The translations under genes were made by a program, and so were the position numbers. The notes under the pieces were generated by a model. The model was not told the origin of the DNA. It did no database searches and saw only the letters and a program-made list of their open reading frames with translations. From the human T2T-CHM13v2.0 reference genome, Homo sapiens, in assembly GCF_009914755.1 (NCBI RefSeq), contig NC_060944.1: a stretch of 64,000 nucleotides of DNA, one strand, 5' to 3'. The stretch's first letter is position 1. Each line of letters opens with the position of its first letter. Of this stretch, positions 1 to 21,760 are shown one piece after another.

Positions 1-96
1 CTCCCAGGTTCAAGAGATTCTTCTTCCACAGCCTGCCGAATAGCTGGGATTACAGGTACGCGCCACCATGCCGGGCTAACTTTGTATTTTTAGTAG

Positions 97-600
<504 letters not shown>

Positions 601-1092
601 TAAAAGGGCCAGACGCGGTGGCTCATGCCTGTAATCCCAGCACTTTGGGAGGCCGAGGCGGGTGGATCACGAGGTTAGGGGTTCAAGACAAGCCTGGCCA
701 AGATGGCAAAACCCCATCTCTACTAAAAATACAAAAATTAGCCGGGCATGGTGGCGGACACCTGTAATCCCAGCTACTCAGGAGGCTGAGACAGAGAATT
801 GCTTGAACCCGGGAGGCAGAGGTTACGAGATCACACCACTGTATTCCAGCTTGGGCGACAGAGCAAGACTTCATCTCAAAAAAAAAAAAAAAACTTATTT
901 AAAAGAAGGCGCCAGGCCAGGGTCGGTGGCTCACGCCTGTAAATCCCAGCACTTTGGGAGGCCAAGGTGGGGCAGATCACCTGAGGTCAGGAGTTCGAGA
1001 CGAGCCTGGCCAACACGGTGAAACCCTGTCTCTACTAAAAATATAAAAATTAGCCAGATGTGGTGGTGCGTGCCTGTAATCCCAGCTACTCA

Positions 1093-1251
<159 letters not shown>

Positions 1252-1371
1252 TTAATAGTTGGGAAGTTGGTCATATTATGTCTTTTTCCTAAATACATGC
1301 AGAGGTAAGAGACCTAACCCTGGGAGTGTGTTTGGAGGAATGAATGCTTTAAAATCAATCCCAGAATCGGT

Positions 1372-2510
<1,139 letters not shown>

Positions 2511-2699
2511 AGTATTCTTTCAAGAATTTTTTTATGTTGGCATTGAGTATTGAAATCAGCTCTACAATAATTGTGACTTTTGACCTTTTGACTTTGGTTG
2601 TGTGCTCCAACCCACTCTATACCTTGACTTCCCCATTTCTCAGATTCATATTTTGCTTCCTCTTTCAGCCAGTTGGTATATATCTCTTTTTTTTTTTGA

Positions 2700-3131
<432 letters not shown>

Positions 3132-4281
3132 TAAAGCACTTTTTGCAGGCAGATGTTAAACAAATAACTATATGTATATAACTACAATATACAACTATAG
3201 TAATATAATTTTAAAAAAATTTTTGAGTCATGGCTCACTGCTGCCTCAACCTCCTGGGGTCAAGAGTTCCTCCCACCTCTCAGCCTTCCAATAGTATATA
3301 TATATTTGCTGGGTGTGGTAGCTCATCCGTATAATTTCAGTACTTTGGGAGGCCGAGGCAGGAAGACTGCTTATCCTAGCTACTTGGGAGGCTGAGGCAG
3401 CGCAAGGATCCCTTAAGCTCAGGAGTTCAAGGTTGCGGTGAGCTGGAATCACACCACTGCACAGCGGACTGGGTGACAGAGCAAGACCCTGTCTCCAAAA
3501 CACACACACACACACAAATATTTTAAGCCATTGCACATCAGCCTGGGCAACATAGTGAGATCCTGTCTCTAAAAAATAAAAAATAAAAAAATAAAAATAG
3601 TATTTCAAGTTTAATTTTTGAATGGGTAATACAAATAAAAAACAAAAATAAAAATAAATTAAAAATAAAAATATACAGTATTTCGAGTTTAATCTTTGAA
3701 TGGGTAATACTTTTGTTTTTTTGAGAAAGAGTCTTGCTCTGTCGCCCAGGCTGGCGTGCAGTGGTGCAATCTCCGCTCCTGCAACCTCCGCCTCCTGGGT
3801 TCAAGTAATTCTCATGCCTCAGTCTCCTGAGTAGCTGGGACTGCAGGCGCACACCACCATGCGCAGCTAATTTTTTATAATTTTTATAGAGACAAGGTTT
3901 TGCCACATTGGTCAGGCTGGTCTCCTGAGCTCAGGCAATCCACCCGGCTTGGCCTCCCAGAGTGTTGGGATTACAGGCGGAGCCACTGCACCCGGACCAA
4001 ATGGGTAATCCTTTTACATGGTTCAAAAGCCACATCAAAATATATGAAGAATTAGCCTTCTTCCCAGCCTTGTCTCCCATCTTTCCAACAACCATTAACC
4101 ACAATTCTTAGTTTCTTATGTTTCACTTCCTTTCTTTATGAATAAACAAGCTAGTATTAATACAGATTCTTGCTTTCTCCCGATTTTAACTCTTACAGTA
4201 GCATGATGTACAGACTGTTCTGCATGCTTCTTCTCACGTAACAGTATGTATCTTGGGAATCTTTCCATATTTTTACCTTAA

Positions 4282-4440
<159 letters not shown>

Positions 4441-5887
4441 TGAGTAGCTGGGATTATAGGCGCACACCACTACACCTGGCTAATTTTTGTATTTTTAGTA
4501 AAGACGGGGTTTCACCATATTGCCGGGGCTGGTCTCAAACTCCTGACCTCGAGTGATCCACCTGCCTCAGCCTTGCATAGTATTTTACTACAAGCTAGAT
4601 ATGATAGACTTTTTTTTTTAGCCCTTGAATATCTGAGAATGTTCTTTTGCCCTTACACATGAAATATAAACTGGGTATAAAATCCTTGAGTCGCAATATT
4701 TTACCCCATAAAACTCTTGTAGAGGTTGGTATTAAGGCCAGCTTACATATATTTCTTTCTTGTTTTTCCCATCATTTCTACATGGATCCTATCTTTTTTC
4801 CTCTCACAGTTTAGATACTTTGCTGAATGGTCTTTATGTTTGTTTGCTTGTTTGTTTGAGACGGAGTCTTGCTCTGTCACCCAAGCTGGAATGTAGTGAT
4901 GCCATCTCAGCAACCTCCGCCTCCCAGGTTCAAGCAATTCTACTGCCTCAGCCTCCCGAGTAGCTGAGATCAGAGGCAAGTGCACCCACACCCAGCTAAT
5001 TTTTGTATTTTTAGTAGAGATGGGGTTTCACCATGTTGGCCAGGCTGGTCTCAGACTCCTGACCTCAAGTGATCCACCCGCCTTGGTGAATCATGTTTAA
5101 ATGTAGATCTTCTCACTAATTTCATTCAGCAGACAGTAAACTCTTTGATCTGCATATTTCTTTATCTCAGGATAATTTTATTCTCTTATAGTTTCAATTA
5201 TTAGGCTTAATCCTTTTTGTTCTGATTTCGCCTGAGAAACACTGATTATATGAATGCTAGCATATCAGCTAGGGATTTCAGGGAACATGAATTGTCTGAA
5301 ATTCATGTTTTAGAAAACTCAGACACCAGTGACTTAAAATAGGTGTTTATTTTGCTCACATAATGAAATGTCTAGGGATAGGCAGTTGAGGGTCGTGGTT
5401 CAGTGGAATAAGGATGTTGGAGCCCAAACCCCCCAGTGCCCTCGGCTTTTTCATCATCGTCAAAATTTGGCCTCTCTAACACCAGCCTCACCTCTAACAA
5501 AACCAAAATAATGTCAAGAAAAGAAAAGGGAGAAAGGATATTTCCACTGTGTCTCTGACCCAGCTTTGTGTTCTCTGCCTGCTATGATCCTCTTCGTCTG
5601 TTACTCTGTTCTTTTTTGTCACATTCCAGGCAAGCTTTTTTAAAGGTCATCCTCCAAAATGGATTTTAATGCTATTCTTGAATTTTAGTTTTCCTGCAAT
5701 CCTTTTTGATATCATCCAACTTTCCTCTAACTTATCCTGCTGTCCTTTCATCTCAGTCATCTCTCCATGTGTGACGTTCGGCTTGCTTTTAAAAGGACTC
5801 AGAGTTTTTCCTTGTCTACCAAGTGTGTTGTAATACTTTTTGGAATGCCTGCTCAATCCGTTATCCTTCCCCCTTCTCTAAGAATAA

Positions 5888-6556
<669 letters not shown>

Positions 6557-6591
6557 TGAGCCACCCCACCGGGCTTATTTATTTAATTTAA

Positions 6592-6810
<219 letters not shown>

Positions 6811-8232
6811 TGAACTCCTCAAGTGATCCACCCACTTCGGCCTCTCAAAGTGCTGAGATTACAGGCATGAGCCATTGCGCCTGGCCACTTTCACTGATTT
6901 TTGCTGAACTCTGGTATCTAACATGAATGTTGGTTGATATTTTCATGTATGTTATCAAAGAAGACAAAGTAAAACAAGAGCTATATATTTCAGAACTTCA
7001 CTTGTTAATCAGAGGTAGGAGAACTTCTTTGCTGAAAAAAAAAGATTATGAACACTGGAAGAACATTTCCTCAAATGTTTGTTCATGCTATTCCAATGCA
7101 AAGGCTACAGCTACAGATATGACATACTTTTATCAACATTTTCACTAGTATTTTTTTTTTTTGAGACAGGGTTTCCAGTTGCACAGACTGGAGTGCAGCA
7201 GTGCGATCTCGGCTAATCCCAGATGTTTGCAAGGCTGAGGCAGAAGGATCGCTTGAACCTGGGAGGCAGAGAGTGCAGTGAGCCGAGATTACTCTATTGC
7301 ACTCCAGCCTGGTTGACAAGAGTGAAACTCTGTCTCAAAAAAAAAAAAAATCAATGAAAACATTCCGTTAGAATCAACTTGCTATATGGAATTAGAAATA
7401 AATGTATGTTTTAGGCTGGGCAAGGTGGCTCATGCCTGTAATCCACGCCTGTGGGTAGATCACTTGAGCCCAGGAGTTCCAGACCAGTGAAACCACATAT
7501 CTACAAAAAGAAAAAGAAAAAAAAAATTAGCTGGGTGTGGTGGTGCGTGCCTGGAGTCCCAGCTACTAGGAGGCTGAGGTGGGAGAATCACTTAAGCCCA
7601 GGAGGTCAAGACTGCAGGCCGGGCGCGGTGGCTCACGCCTGTAATCCCAGCACTTTGGGAGGCCCAGCACTTTGGGAGGCCAAGGCAGGCGGATCACCTG
7701 AAGTCAGGAGTTTGAGACCAGCCTGACCAATATGGAGAAACCCCATCTCTACTAAAAACACAAAATTAGCCTGGCATGGTGCTGCATGCCTGTAATCCCA
7801 GCTACTCAGGAAGCTGAGGCAGGAGAATTGCTTGAACCTGGGAGGCGGAGGTTGTGGTGAGCCGCGATCGCGCCATTGCTCTTCAGCTTGGGCAACAAGA
7901 GTAAAACTCCGTCTCAAAAAAAAAGACTGCAGTGAACCGAGACTGTACCACTGCATTTCAGCCTAGGCAACAGAGTGAGACATTACGTCAAAAAAAAAAA
8001 AAAAAGGAAAAGGAAAAAAGGAGAAATACATATATTTTATCATCTGTAAATTGTATACCATATATCCCTTATATCAGAAAAATTTATAATAAACGTGTAT
8101 ATTAATATATATGCATTTTTTTTTCTGGAAAGTTGGCTGTAAAAACATCTGTTAAACATCACTGGATGGCTACCTCACATTCCCAAATAACATGCCTCTC
8201 ATTTCCACGCAGATTAACGCATTGCCTTTATT

Positions 8233-8264
8233 TGTGTGTGTGTGTGTCTGTGTGTGTGTGTGTG
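8233..8264. repeat. Interrupted (TG)n microsatellite
   Basis: Direct reading. Confidence 0.95.
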
Positions 8265-8370
8265 TTTTATTTGGTTTTGTTTTGAGACAGAGCCTCCTTC
8301 TGTCACCCAGACTGAAATGCAGTGGTGCAATCTCAGTTCACTGCTGTCTTGGCCTCCTGGGCTCAAGTGA

Positions 8371-8673
<303 letters not shown>

Positions 8674-8986
8674 TGATCCCCCTTATTATCTGCATCTTAT
8701 CACTGCTATCCCCCTACTCAAGACACCCTCTTCTCTCCTCTGGATTATTGCAGTCATCTCCTGGTGGGCTCTGCTCTGATACCCTTGCCTTCTTACCCAA
8801 CAGCCTAAGTGGTCCTTTAAAAAAGTCAGATGACAGCCAGGCATGGGGGCTCGCACCTGTAATTCCAGTGCTTTTGGACGTTGAGGCAGAAAGATTGCTT
8901 GAGCCAGGAGTTCAAGGCTGCAATGAGCTGTGATCATGCCACTGCACTCCAGCCTGGGCAACAGAGCAAGACCCTGTCTCTGCTAT

Positions 8987-9446
8987 TGTTGTGGGAAGTC
9001 AGGGACCCTGAACAGAGGGACCTGCTGAAGCTGTGACAGAAGAACATAAATTGTGAAGATTTCATGGACATTTGTTAGTTCTCCAAATTAATACTTTCAT
9101 AATTTCTTAGGCCTGTCTTTACTGCAATCTCTGAACATAAATTGTGAAGATTTCATGGACATTTATCACTTCCCCAATCAATACTCTTAAAATTTCCTAT
9201 GCTTGTCTTTACTTTAATCTCCTAATCCCGTCATCTTCGTAAACTGAAGATGTATGTTGCCTCAAGACCCTGTGATGGTTGCATTAACTGCACAAATTAT
9301 TCGTAAAGCATGTGTGTTTAAACAATATGAAATTTGGGCACCTTGAAGAAAGAACAGGATAACAGCGATGTTCAGGGAACAAGGGAGATAACCATTAGCT
9401 CTGGCTGCCTGGGAGCCGGGCAGGACACAGCCACATTTCTCTTATT
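8987..9446 (+). mobile_element. MER11A-type LTR (HML-8/HERV-K11), 5' ~460 bp only
   Basis: Starts TGTTGTGGGAAGTCAGGGACCC and carries the internal repeated unit gaacataaattgtgaagatttcatggacattt twice. Confidence 0.9.
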
Positions 9447-9503
9447 TACTATAAAAAAAGTCAGTTAAGACATTACAAAGTCCTTCTTCTGTCCAAAACC
9501 CTC

Positions 9504-10448
<945 letters not shown>

Positions 10449-11537
10449 TTCACCAATGGCTCCCAATTTCACCCAGATAAAAAGCCAAAGTTCTTACTCA
10501 AACTTACCAACCCTAAACTTAGCAAACTTGGTGTCCACTCCTTGGAAACTTGTTCAGCCAACTGGAAGGCTGGAGAATTCCCCCTGTTAGGTGGAAACTG
10601 GATCAATAGAGTTAGTGTTGCAACAAGAAACATCCAACATTGGAAAGAAAACTAACCTTAATGATTTAATAACTAAAGATCTCATCTCAGAAAGTTTAGC
10701 CAACTCTGTCTCCTTCCCTTTGTGATGCTCTGCCCCTCCATGGAGATCATGGGAACAATTCTTAAGCTCTTTGTAGACTGGGCAAGGACACATAAATCCC
10801 CTAAGTCAGAACTGGGTATCAATGGTGGGTTAAGGGCTGAAATATAGAAACATGTGCAATTATTTGATGGTTTATGGCTCATTTCAACCAAAAGACCATT
10901 CCTAGCCCATTTGCACTGTTTTCATTGAGATGTCAAAAGTGCTGAAAGGAGGCTGGGAAAACTGGTTGGCTCCTGTCTGGGGCAGGCAGCTGATAGAGGA
11001 AATTAGCTGGTTCCTATAATTGGCACTGTAGCTCCCAATGAAGAGAGGGCAGACAGATTTAAATGAGCTGTTTTTGGGAGGAGGTGGGGAAGGAAAGGAG
11101 AGATGATTTGGGTGGAGAGCATACATGAAGATGTAGGGGAGGCTGGACGCAGTGGCTCACAACTGTAATGCCAGCACTTTGGGAGGCCAAGGCAGGCAGA
11201 TCACCTGAGGTCAGGAGTTTGAGACCAGCCTGGCCAACATGGTGAAACCTCGTGTCTACTAAAAATACAAAAAAATCGGACCAGCCTGGCCAACATGGTG
11301 AAACCCTGTCTCTGCTAAAAATTAGCTGGGTATGGTGGTTCACACCTATAATTTCAGCTACTCGGGAAGCTGAGGCAGGATAATCAGTTGGATCTGGGAG
11401 GTGGAAGTTGTGGTGAGCCGAGATCACATCACTGCACTCCAGCCTGGATGATAGAGTGAGACTCCATCTCAAAAAAAAAAAAAAAAAAAAAAGATGTAGT
11501 GGATGTTGTTGGTGCCATCCAGATCCTGTTCATCTGC

Positions 11538-12340
<803 letters not shown>

Positions 12341-12984
12341 TTATTTTTGGCCAACAGGGGTCGCCTTGTCTGGGAGGTTACTCACCCCCAGCAGCCTGCA
12401 AACAGTGCTGTGTGACTCTGTTGTATAAAGGCTGGTCCTCTTGCCCCAGGGTGAGACCAACACTGTGGTGCTATTCATACTTCTGAGCTCTCTGTGGGAT
12501 CATGCTAAGGCTAGATTCTAGATGAAAACCACATCTTTGCTCAGCTTCTTCCTCTGTCACATGTGGCTTCCCTCACTTCCTTCTCATGGGAGCACTCCCC
12601 GAAGACATCACGTGCAGCTGAATCCCCGCCTCAGGCTCTGCTTCTAGGGAGCCTGACTTACAACATTGTTATCTTTTTTTTTGACACAGGGTCTTGCTAT
12701 GTCACCCAGGCTAGACTGCAGTGGCATTATCAATGAAAAAAATGGAGGAAATGTTTATCAAATTGTAAATGACTCTAAGCTTGAAGGAACAATCAGTATG
12801 TGAGATAATAATGGCTAGGCACGGTGGCTCACACCTGTAATCCTAGCACTTTGAGAGGCCAAGGCAGGAGGATTGTTTAAGACCAGCCTGGGCAACATAG
12901 TGAGACACTGTCTCTAAAAAAAAAAAAGAGAGAGAGATGATAACACCAAGTAGGGTTTAGGGCAATCTCTGTGATCCAGAATGA

Positions 12985-13273
<289 letters not shown>

Positions 13274-13338
13274 TAGTCTTGAACTCCTGAGTGATCTGCC
13301 CGCCTCAGCCTCCCAAAGTGCTGGGATTACAGGCATGA

Positions 13339-13674
<336 letters not shown>

Positions 13675-15234
13675 TGATCTCAAGTGATCTGTCCCCCTTG
13701 GCCTCCCAAAGTGCTGGGATTATAGGTATGAGCCACTGTGCCTGGCGTCCCCTGTTATTTCTGATCCCTCCTTTGGATAGGTACACCCTCCTCCAGGTCC
13801 TACATCCTCTCTCCAGGGCTGGACTAGGAGGGTCTTCAGGAAGATGAGGAAGGAGACGCAGAGGACCTAGGAAAGAAAAATCCCTTCATGACTGAGTAGG
13901 CCCCACCAGCCTACTTTGTCCCTCTCCTATTTACTGCCCTCTTTCTCCTCACAGGGAGCCGGACCATTCCTCACCCAAGAGTCTACCTGTGGGGAGGTAT
14001 GCAAGACAGTCCTCTTCTGCAGAGAACTGCCAGTTTGGGTTTTCCTTTAAACTTTAAAGGAATTTGACTTTCACCCTTCCGGCACCTACAGACCCACCAT
14101 GGTCACTCATGGTCAACTATCTTTTCTTAGAGAGAACATGTTTAAAACTAGGTATGTGGGTATATTCATCAAAGGGAAAATTAGCTGGGCATGGTGTCGC
14201 ACACCTGTAGTCCCAGCTACTCAGGAGGCTGAGGCTGAGGTGGGATGACAAGGTTGAGCCCAGGAGTTTGAGACCAGCCTGGGCAACATAGTGAGACCCA
14301 GTCTTTATGAAAATGAAATAAAATAAATTAGCTGGGCATGATGGTACATGCCTGTAGTGGTAGCTACTCTGGAAGCTGAGGCGGAAAGGATTGCTTGAGC
14401 CCAGGAGTTCTGGGTGACAGAGCAGGACCTTATCTTTAAAAATAATAGTAATAAGAATACAATTTACAAGAAGGAGAAAATAAACCTGGAGCTCAAGCCC
14501 TCATGAAACAGTGTACTTGAAAAAACAAAGGCTCTATTTTAGTAAGTATAGGTTAGGTAATGCTACAAAAACAAACAAATCCAAAATCTAAGTGGCTCAA
14601 AACTACATGTTTTATTTTTGTTTTCTTTCTTTTATTTTCTATTTATTTTTTTTTGAGACAGGTTTTGTTCTGTTGCCCAGACTGGAGTGCAGTGGTGTGA
14701 TCATGGCTCACTACAGCTTCCACCTCCCAGCCTCTGTCATTCAGATACCCCAACCCCAGTTCTCCTTTATGGAAGTAATCAGGCTTACCAATTTCCTGTG
14801 TCTCCTTCCAAAAAAAATTCTCAACAACAAATACACATTTATATACATGAGTCTGTTGTATATAGCACATGTTGTATATAGTACCTAGAAAAATGCAAAA
14901 AAAACTTGTATGTAAGGTTTAAAAAATAACTCATTAATACCCAGTTGAAGGAATAGAAGTGAGAAGATCCCTCCCCAAAGCCCCTGTCTGTGCCTCCCTG
15001 AACATAGCCAGCTTATTCCTAAACATGCTCATGATTCTGACTTTAGTGATAGCCATATCCTTGCCTTTATTTTATCCTTGCCTTTATTTTATTTTTGTTT
15101 TTGAGAGAGTGTCTCAGTGTTGCCCAGGCTGGAGTGCAGTGGCTTGATCATGGCTCACTGCAGCCTCAACCCCCACTCAGGGATCCTCCCACTCAGCCTC
15201 CAGAGTAGCTGGGACCATAGCACCACTTCCAGCT

Positions 15235-15265
<31 letters not shown>

Positions 15266-15424
15266 GAGACAGAGTCTCGCTCTGTCGCCCAGGCTGGATG
15301 GAGTACAGTGGTGCAACCTCGGCTCGCTGCAACCTCCGCCTCCTAGTTTCAAGCAGTTCTCCTGCGTCAGCCTCCTGAGTAGCCAGGCAACCACTACCAT
15401 GCCTGGCTAATTTTTGTATTTTTA

Positions 15425-15595
<171 letters not shown>

Positions 15596-15699
15596 CTAGT
15601 CTTGAACTTCTGGCCTCAAACAATCCTCCCGCCTTGGCCTCCCACAATGCTGGGATTACAGGCATGAAACACTGCACCCAGCCCTGTTACCTTACCTTT

Positions 15700-16490
<791 letters not shown>

Positions 16491-16814
16491 ATTGTAAACA
16501 CATGGGAGTGTAGTATACAGTTTATTCTCCAAACTTGCCTTTTAAAAAACACAATACAGCCTGGAATTTATGCTATCAAAAATATGAAGACATTCATTTG
16601 TATGCTTGTATAACATATTATGATATCAATACCTTACTTTTTCCCTCCTCTTTCTTGAATAATGCATCATTTTCAACATAGACTTGTAGGGCAAAGATGG
16701 CACATTATTCACAGCTCATTTCTCTGCCTGTGGCAGACATTACTAATTGATCACAACACTCTTTGCCACTGAGTGCAGATGTAGCCTCAGATCCCTTTCA
16801 ATGCAGTGCTCTAG

Positions 16815-16965
16815 TACCTTGCTACTCAAAATGTAGTTTCCGAACTGGCAGCATCAGCATTACCTGGGAGTCTGTGAGAAATGCAGAATCTCAGACCCAC
16901 CCCAAACTCCCTGAGTCACATCCTGCATTCTCAGGTGATTCACCACAAGGAAGGCTGGGAAGTGC
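16815..16965. mobile_element. MER5A (hAT-Charlie MITE)
   Basis: gcagcatcagcattacctgggag...agaaatgcagaatctcagacccaccc. Confidence 0.8.
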
Positions 16966-17029
16966 TAGCCTAGGCTGCCCTTATCAATCAATCAAAGCCA
17001 TTCTATGGGATGAATGTGTGTGTCCTCCC

Positions 17030-17300
17030 TATTTCAGAGGCACACTACATGGCTCTGTCCTTGCTCCTGTCCTTTTCCAAGCGCTTATCTATGCATTGTA
17101 TGAGAACATAGGTCATAGGCTGATCTGATTTGCTGACAGTAAGAATCTCAGGGGAAAGCTGAAACACTGGATTGGGGAATCATGATACAAACCCACTGAG
17201 AGGATGGAGCAAAGGACCAATTTCAACAATTGGCTAAATAAAGTTCAACCAAAAAAAAGACTTCACAGGAGTATACTTGAAAATAGGGCATTAGGGGGTT
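17030..17300 (+). mobile_element. L3/CR1 RT fragment (similar pieces near 12730-13050 and 18300-18520)
   Basis: GSVLAPVLF-like and tttgctgac (FAD) RT motifs. Confidence 0.6.
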
Positions 17301-17352
17301 CACAGCATCTGTTCCGGAACAGGTACCTGGTGTTCTTAAGAGGGTTCTATTA

Positions 17353-17544
<192 letters not shown>

Positions 17545-17587
17545 TTAGCCAGGCATGATGGCGGGTGCCTGTAATCCCAGCTACTCA

Positions 17588-17692
<105 letters not shown>

Positions 17693-18735
17693 TCAAAAAA
17701 AAGAAAAAAAAAAAGCCATTTATGTGGCTGGGTGTGGAGGCTCACACCTGTAATCCCAGCACACTGGGAGGCAGAGGTGGGAGAATTACTTGAGCCCAGG
17801 AGTTCAAGACCAGCCTGGACAACACAGTGAGACTCTGTCTCAATTAAAAAAAAAAAAAAAAGTCAATTTATGCACTAGAAAATACAGAGACCTGGATGCC
17901 CATGGTAAAGAAGTAAATTTCTCTTTGTTTAAATCAGTAGTCCTAGGTCGAGCACAGTGGCTCACACCTGTAATCCCAGCACTTTGAAAGGCCAAGGCAG
18001 GCCAATTGCTTGAGTTCAGGAGTTTAAGACCAGACTAGGCAACATGGCGAAACCCTGTCTCTACTAAAAACAAAAATACAAAAAATTAGCTGTGTGTGGT
18101 GGTGCATGCTTGTAGTCCCAGCTACTCAGGAGGCTGAGGTGAGAGGATCACTTGAGCCCGGGAGTTCAAGGCTGCAGTGAGCCCTGATAGTGCCACTGCA
18201 TTCCAGCCTGGGAAACAGAGTGAGACCCTGTCATAAATAATAAATAAATAAATAAATAATCAGCAGTCCCTAAACAGAACTGTATATTACCTATTGATAT
18301 CTACAGAGCTGGTATTCTATGGAATACAATGTGGGAAACACTGGCTTGGGGCTTTGGTTTATAGACTGAGCTATGAAGAAGACAATACTAGCTTTGAAGC
18401 ACATAAAGAGAAGTATAGTCTCCAGGGACAGAGAGAGGAGATGCTCTGCTCCCTGCATTCTGAGCACCATATTGCCTTCATAAGTTACGAGGGAGGGACA
18501 TTGAGAGACTCCAGTGTCTTCAGAGATGGACCCCAGGACAGTGAAGCCTCACCACGGCTGTCCTACTGTGAATGTCTAACTTAGAGCAGTTTTTCCTATC
18601 CTGTCTCAACGCAGTAACTGGGGAGGAGGAAGGGAGGCTGGTGGATCTGAGTGCTTAAGAAGGCCCCAGAGGACCAAAAGTCTCCAGGGGAGGACTGCAT
18701 AATCCTCCTCCATCCCCCTCAACAGGAATCACTAA

Positions 18736-18987
<252 letters not shown>

Positions 18988-19224
18988 TGACCTCAAGTGG
19001 TCTGCCCACCTCGGCCTCCCAGAGTGCTGGGATTAGAGGTGTGAGCCACCATGGCCGGCCTGCTATGAAATACTTAATGGCACATCCTGTGGAAAAGGAA
19101 CTAAGCTTTCTTTGAGGGGGATCGGAGAACAGATCTGAGACAGGTGGATTAAAGTTACAGAAAAGTGAAAAGTCATACAAGCTGCATATACATACAGATG
19201 TACACATACATGTGTATTCTCTGA

Positions 19225-20365
<1,141 letters not shown>

Positions 20366-21199
20366 CAGGGGCTAGGCGTGGTGGCTCATGCCTGTAATCC
20401 CAGCACTTTGGGAGACCAAGGTGGGAAGATCACTTGAGCTTAGGAGTTTGAGACCAGCCTGGGCCAACAAAGTGAGATCTCATCTCTATTAAAAAAACAA
20501 AAACCAAAAAGATATCTTTTTTTTTCCATGAATGAAATGCAAATATCCAATAAGCACATGAAAAGATGAAAAATATAGGAAGGCAGGTTTAGTCTCATTA
20601 TAAAGACTAACTTCCTCAGCCAGGTGTGGTGGCTCTCACCTGTGATCCCAGCACTTTGGGAGGCCGAGGTGGGAAAGATCACCTGAGCTCGAGTTTGAGA
20701 ACAGCCTAGGCAACATGGCAAGACCCCATCTCTCAAAAAAAAAAAGATTAACTTCCCAATGCATTGAAATAACCCATGAGTATCATGAACTCTGTCACAA
20801 GGAAGGGACACCAGAGGCTCAGATGTTGGCTGAGAGGTGACCAATTGTCAGGAGCAGGGGCACTGGTGATCTTAGGGGATGGGAACAGAGAAATCTCTGT
20901 TTCTGTGATTTCCATGATCCATTTCCCTGAGCTGCTTGTTTTCACCAATGGTCCTTGTTGTTATGGGCAGCAAAGTCCCTCTAATGATCTCTTTGAGGCT
21001 AGCCAGCAGGGGAGAAGTGGCTGTGAGTGGGGCCTATTTTCCTGGCTTGCAGGAAGCCAGGGGGCCAGAGCAGAGGCCCCCTACTGCCCTTCACTCCTCA
21101 CTACCACCAGCTTCCCAGGTGTCCTGGACGCATGTGGGATGCCTCTGAGATAACCGGGTTAAGGCCAGGGCCTGTCTAACGCCTGGGCTCTGGAGCAGG

Positions 21200-21760
21200 A
21201 CCCGGGTTCTGTGGGAGCTCATATGAAGGACAGGAAGTGACCAGTCCACAGACTGGACCAAAGGTCTGTGACTCACTGGTTGTATGTAGTAGGGATCACG
21301 CCCCTGCCATGCCAAACACCAAAACTGTAGGTCAGATTGGAGTTGTACTGGAGTAATACCATGACGAGGAGTGGGCTGCACTGGAGACCCCCGTCCCTGG
21401 AATGACCGGGGAAGCAGGGGCTGATGTGAGGAAGGGTGGAGAGGGGCTGCGGTGATGGCGAAGGAGGCCACAAGTTCCCGGTTTTGGCATGCTGCTCAGG
21501 CCTTCGCCTCCCCATGCTGGCTGTATTCTACCCGCACACCCATATTGGCCCAGACTGGGAAACCTCACAGCTTTGCTAAGTCATGGTCAGGTTAGTCAAG
21601 GCCAGTAAACCACGTGGGTGATGCATCATTGCCACCCTGGCACGCCTCCTTCCAGACCAGGCTGGGACTGGCTCTCCACATCCCAGGGCCTGGCCTTGGG
21701 CTTCTCTGCCAGCTGGTCAGGGTGAGTCACTCTTCTTTGGAGGATGCTGCCTTCCTCTAA
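21200..21760. promoter_or_regulatory. Candidate stress-responsive enhancer (ARE, two AP-1 sites, E-box, ETS)
   Basis: ATGACTTAGCA (21574-21584, minus strand), TGACTCA at 21269, TGAGTCA at 21723, CACGTG at 21611 and CAGGAAGT at 21231, in a repeat-free GC-rich island. Confidence 0.45.

Noticed and set aside
6950-8170. Possible hAT/Charlie DNA-transposon remnant (also 36350-36600)
   Set aside because: Resemblance only; I could not assign a family or termini.
9041-9220. ~90-bp tandem unit resembling a repeat-spacer array
   Set aside because: An intrinsic internal duplication of the MER11 LTR, not CRISPR-like.
21091-21568. Overlapping 78-126 aa ORFs in the GC-rich island
   Set aside because: No recognisable homology, poly(A)/TSD or convincing splice structure. 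A tblastx against vertebrates would be needed to exclude a decayed exon.
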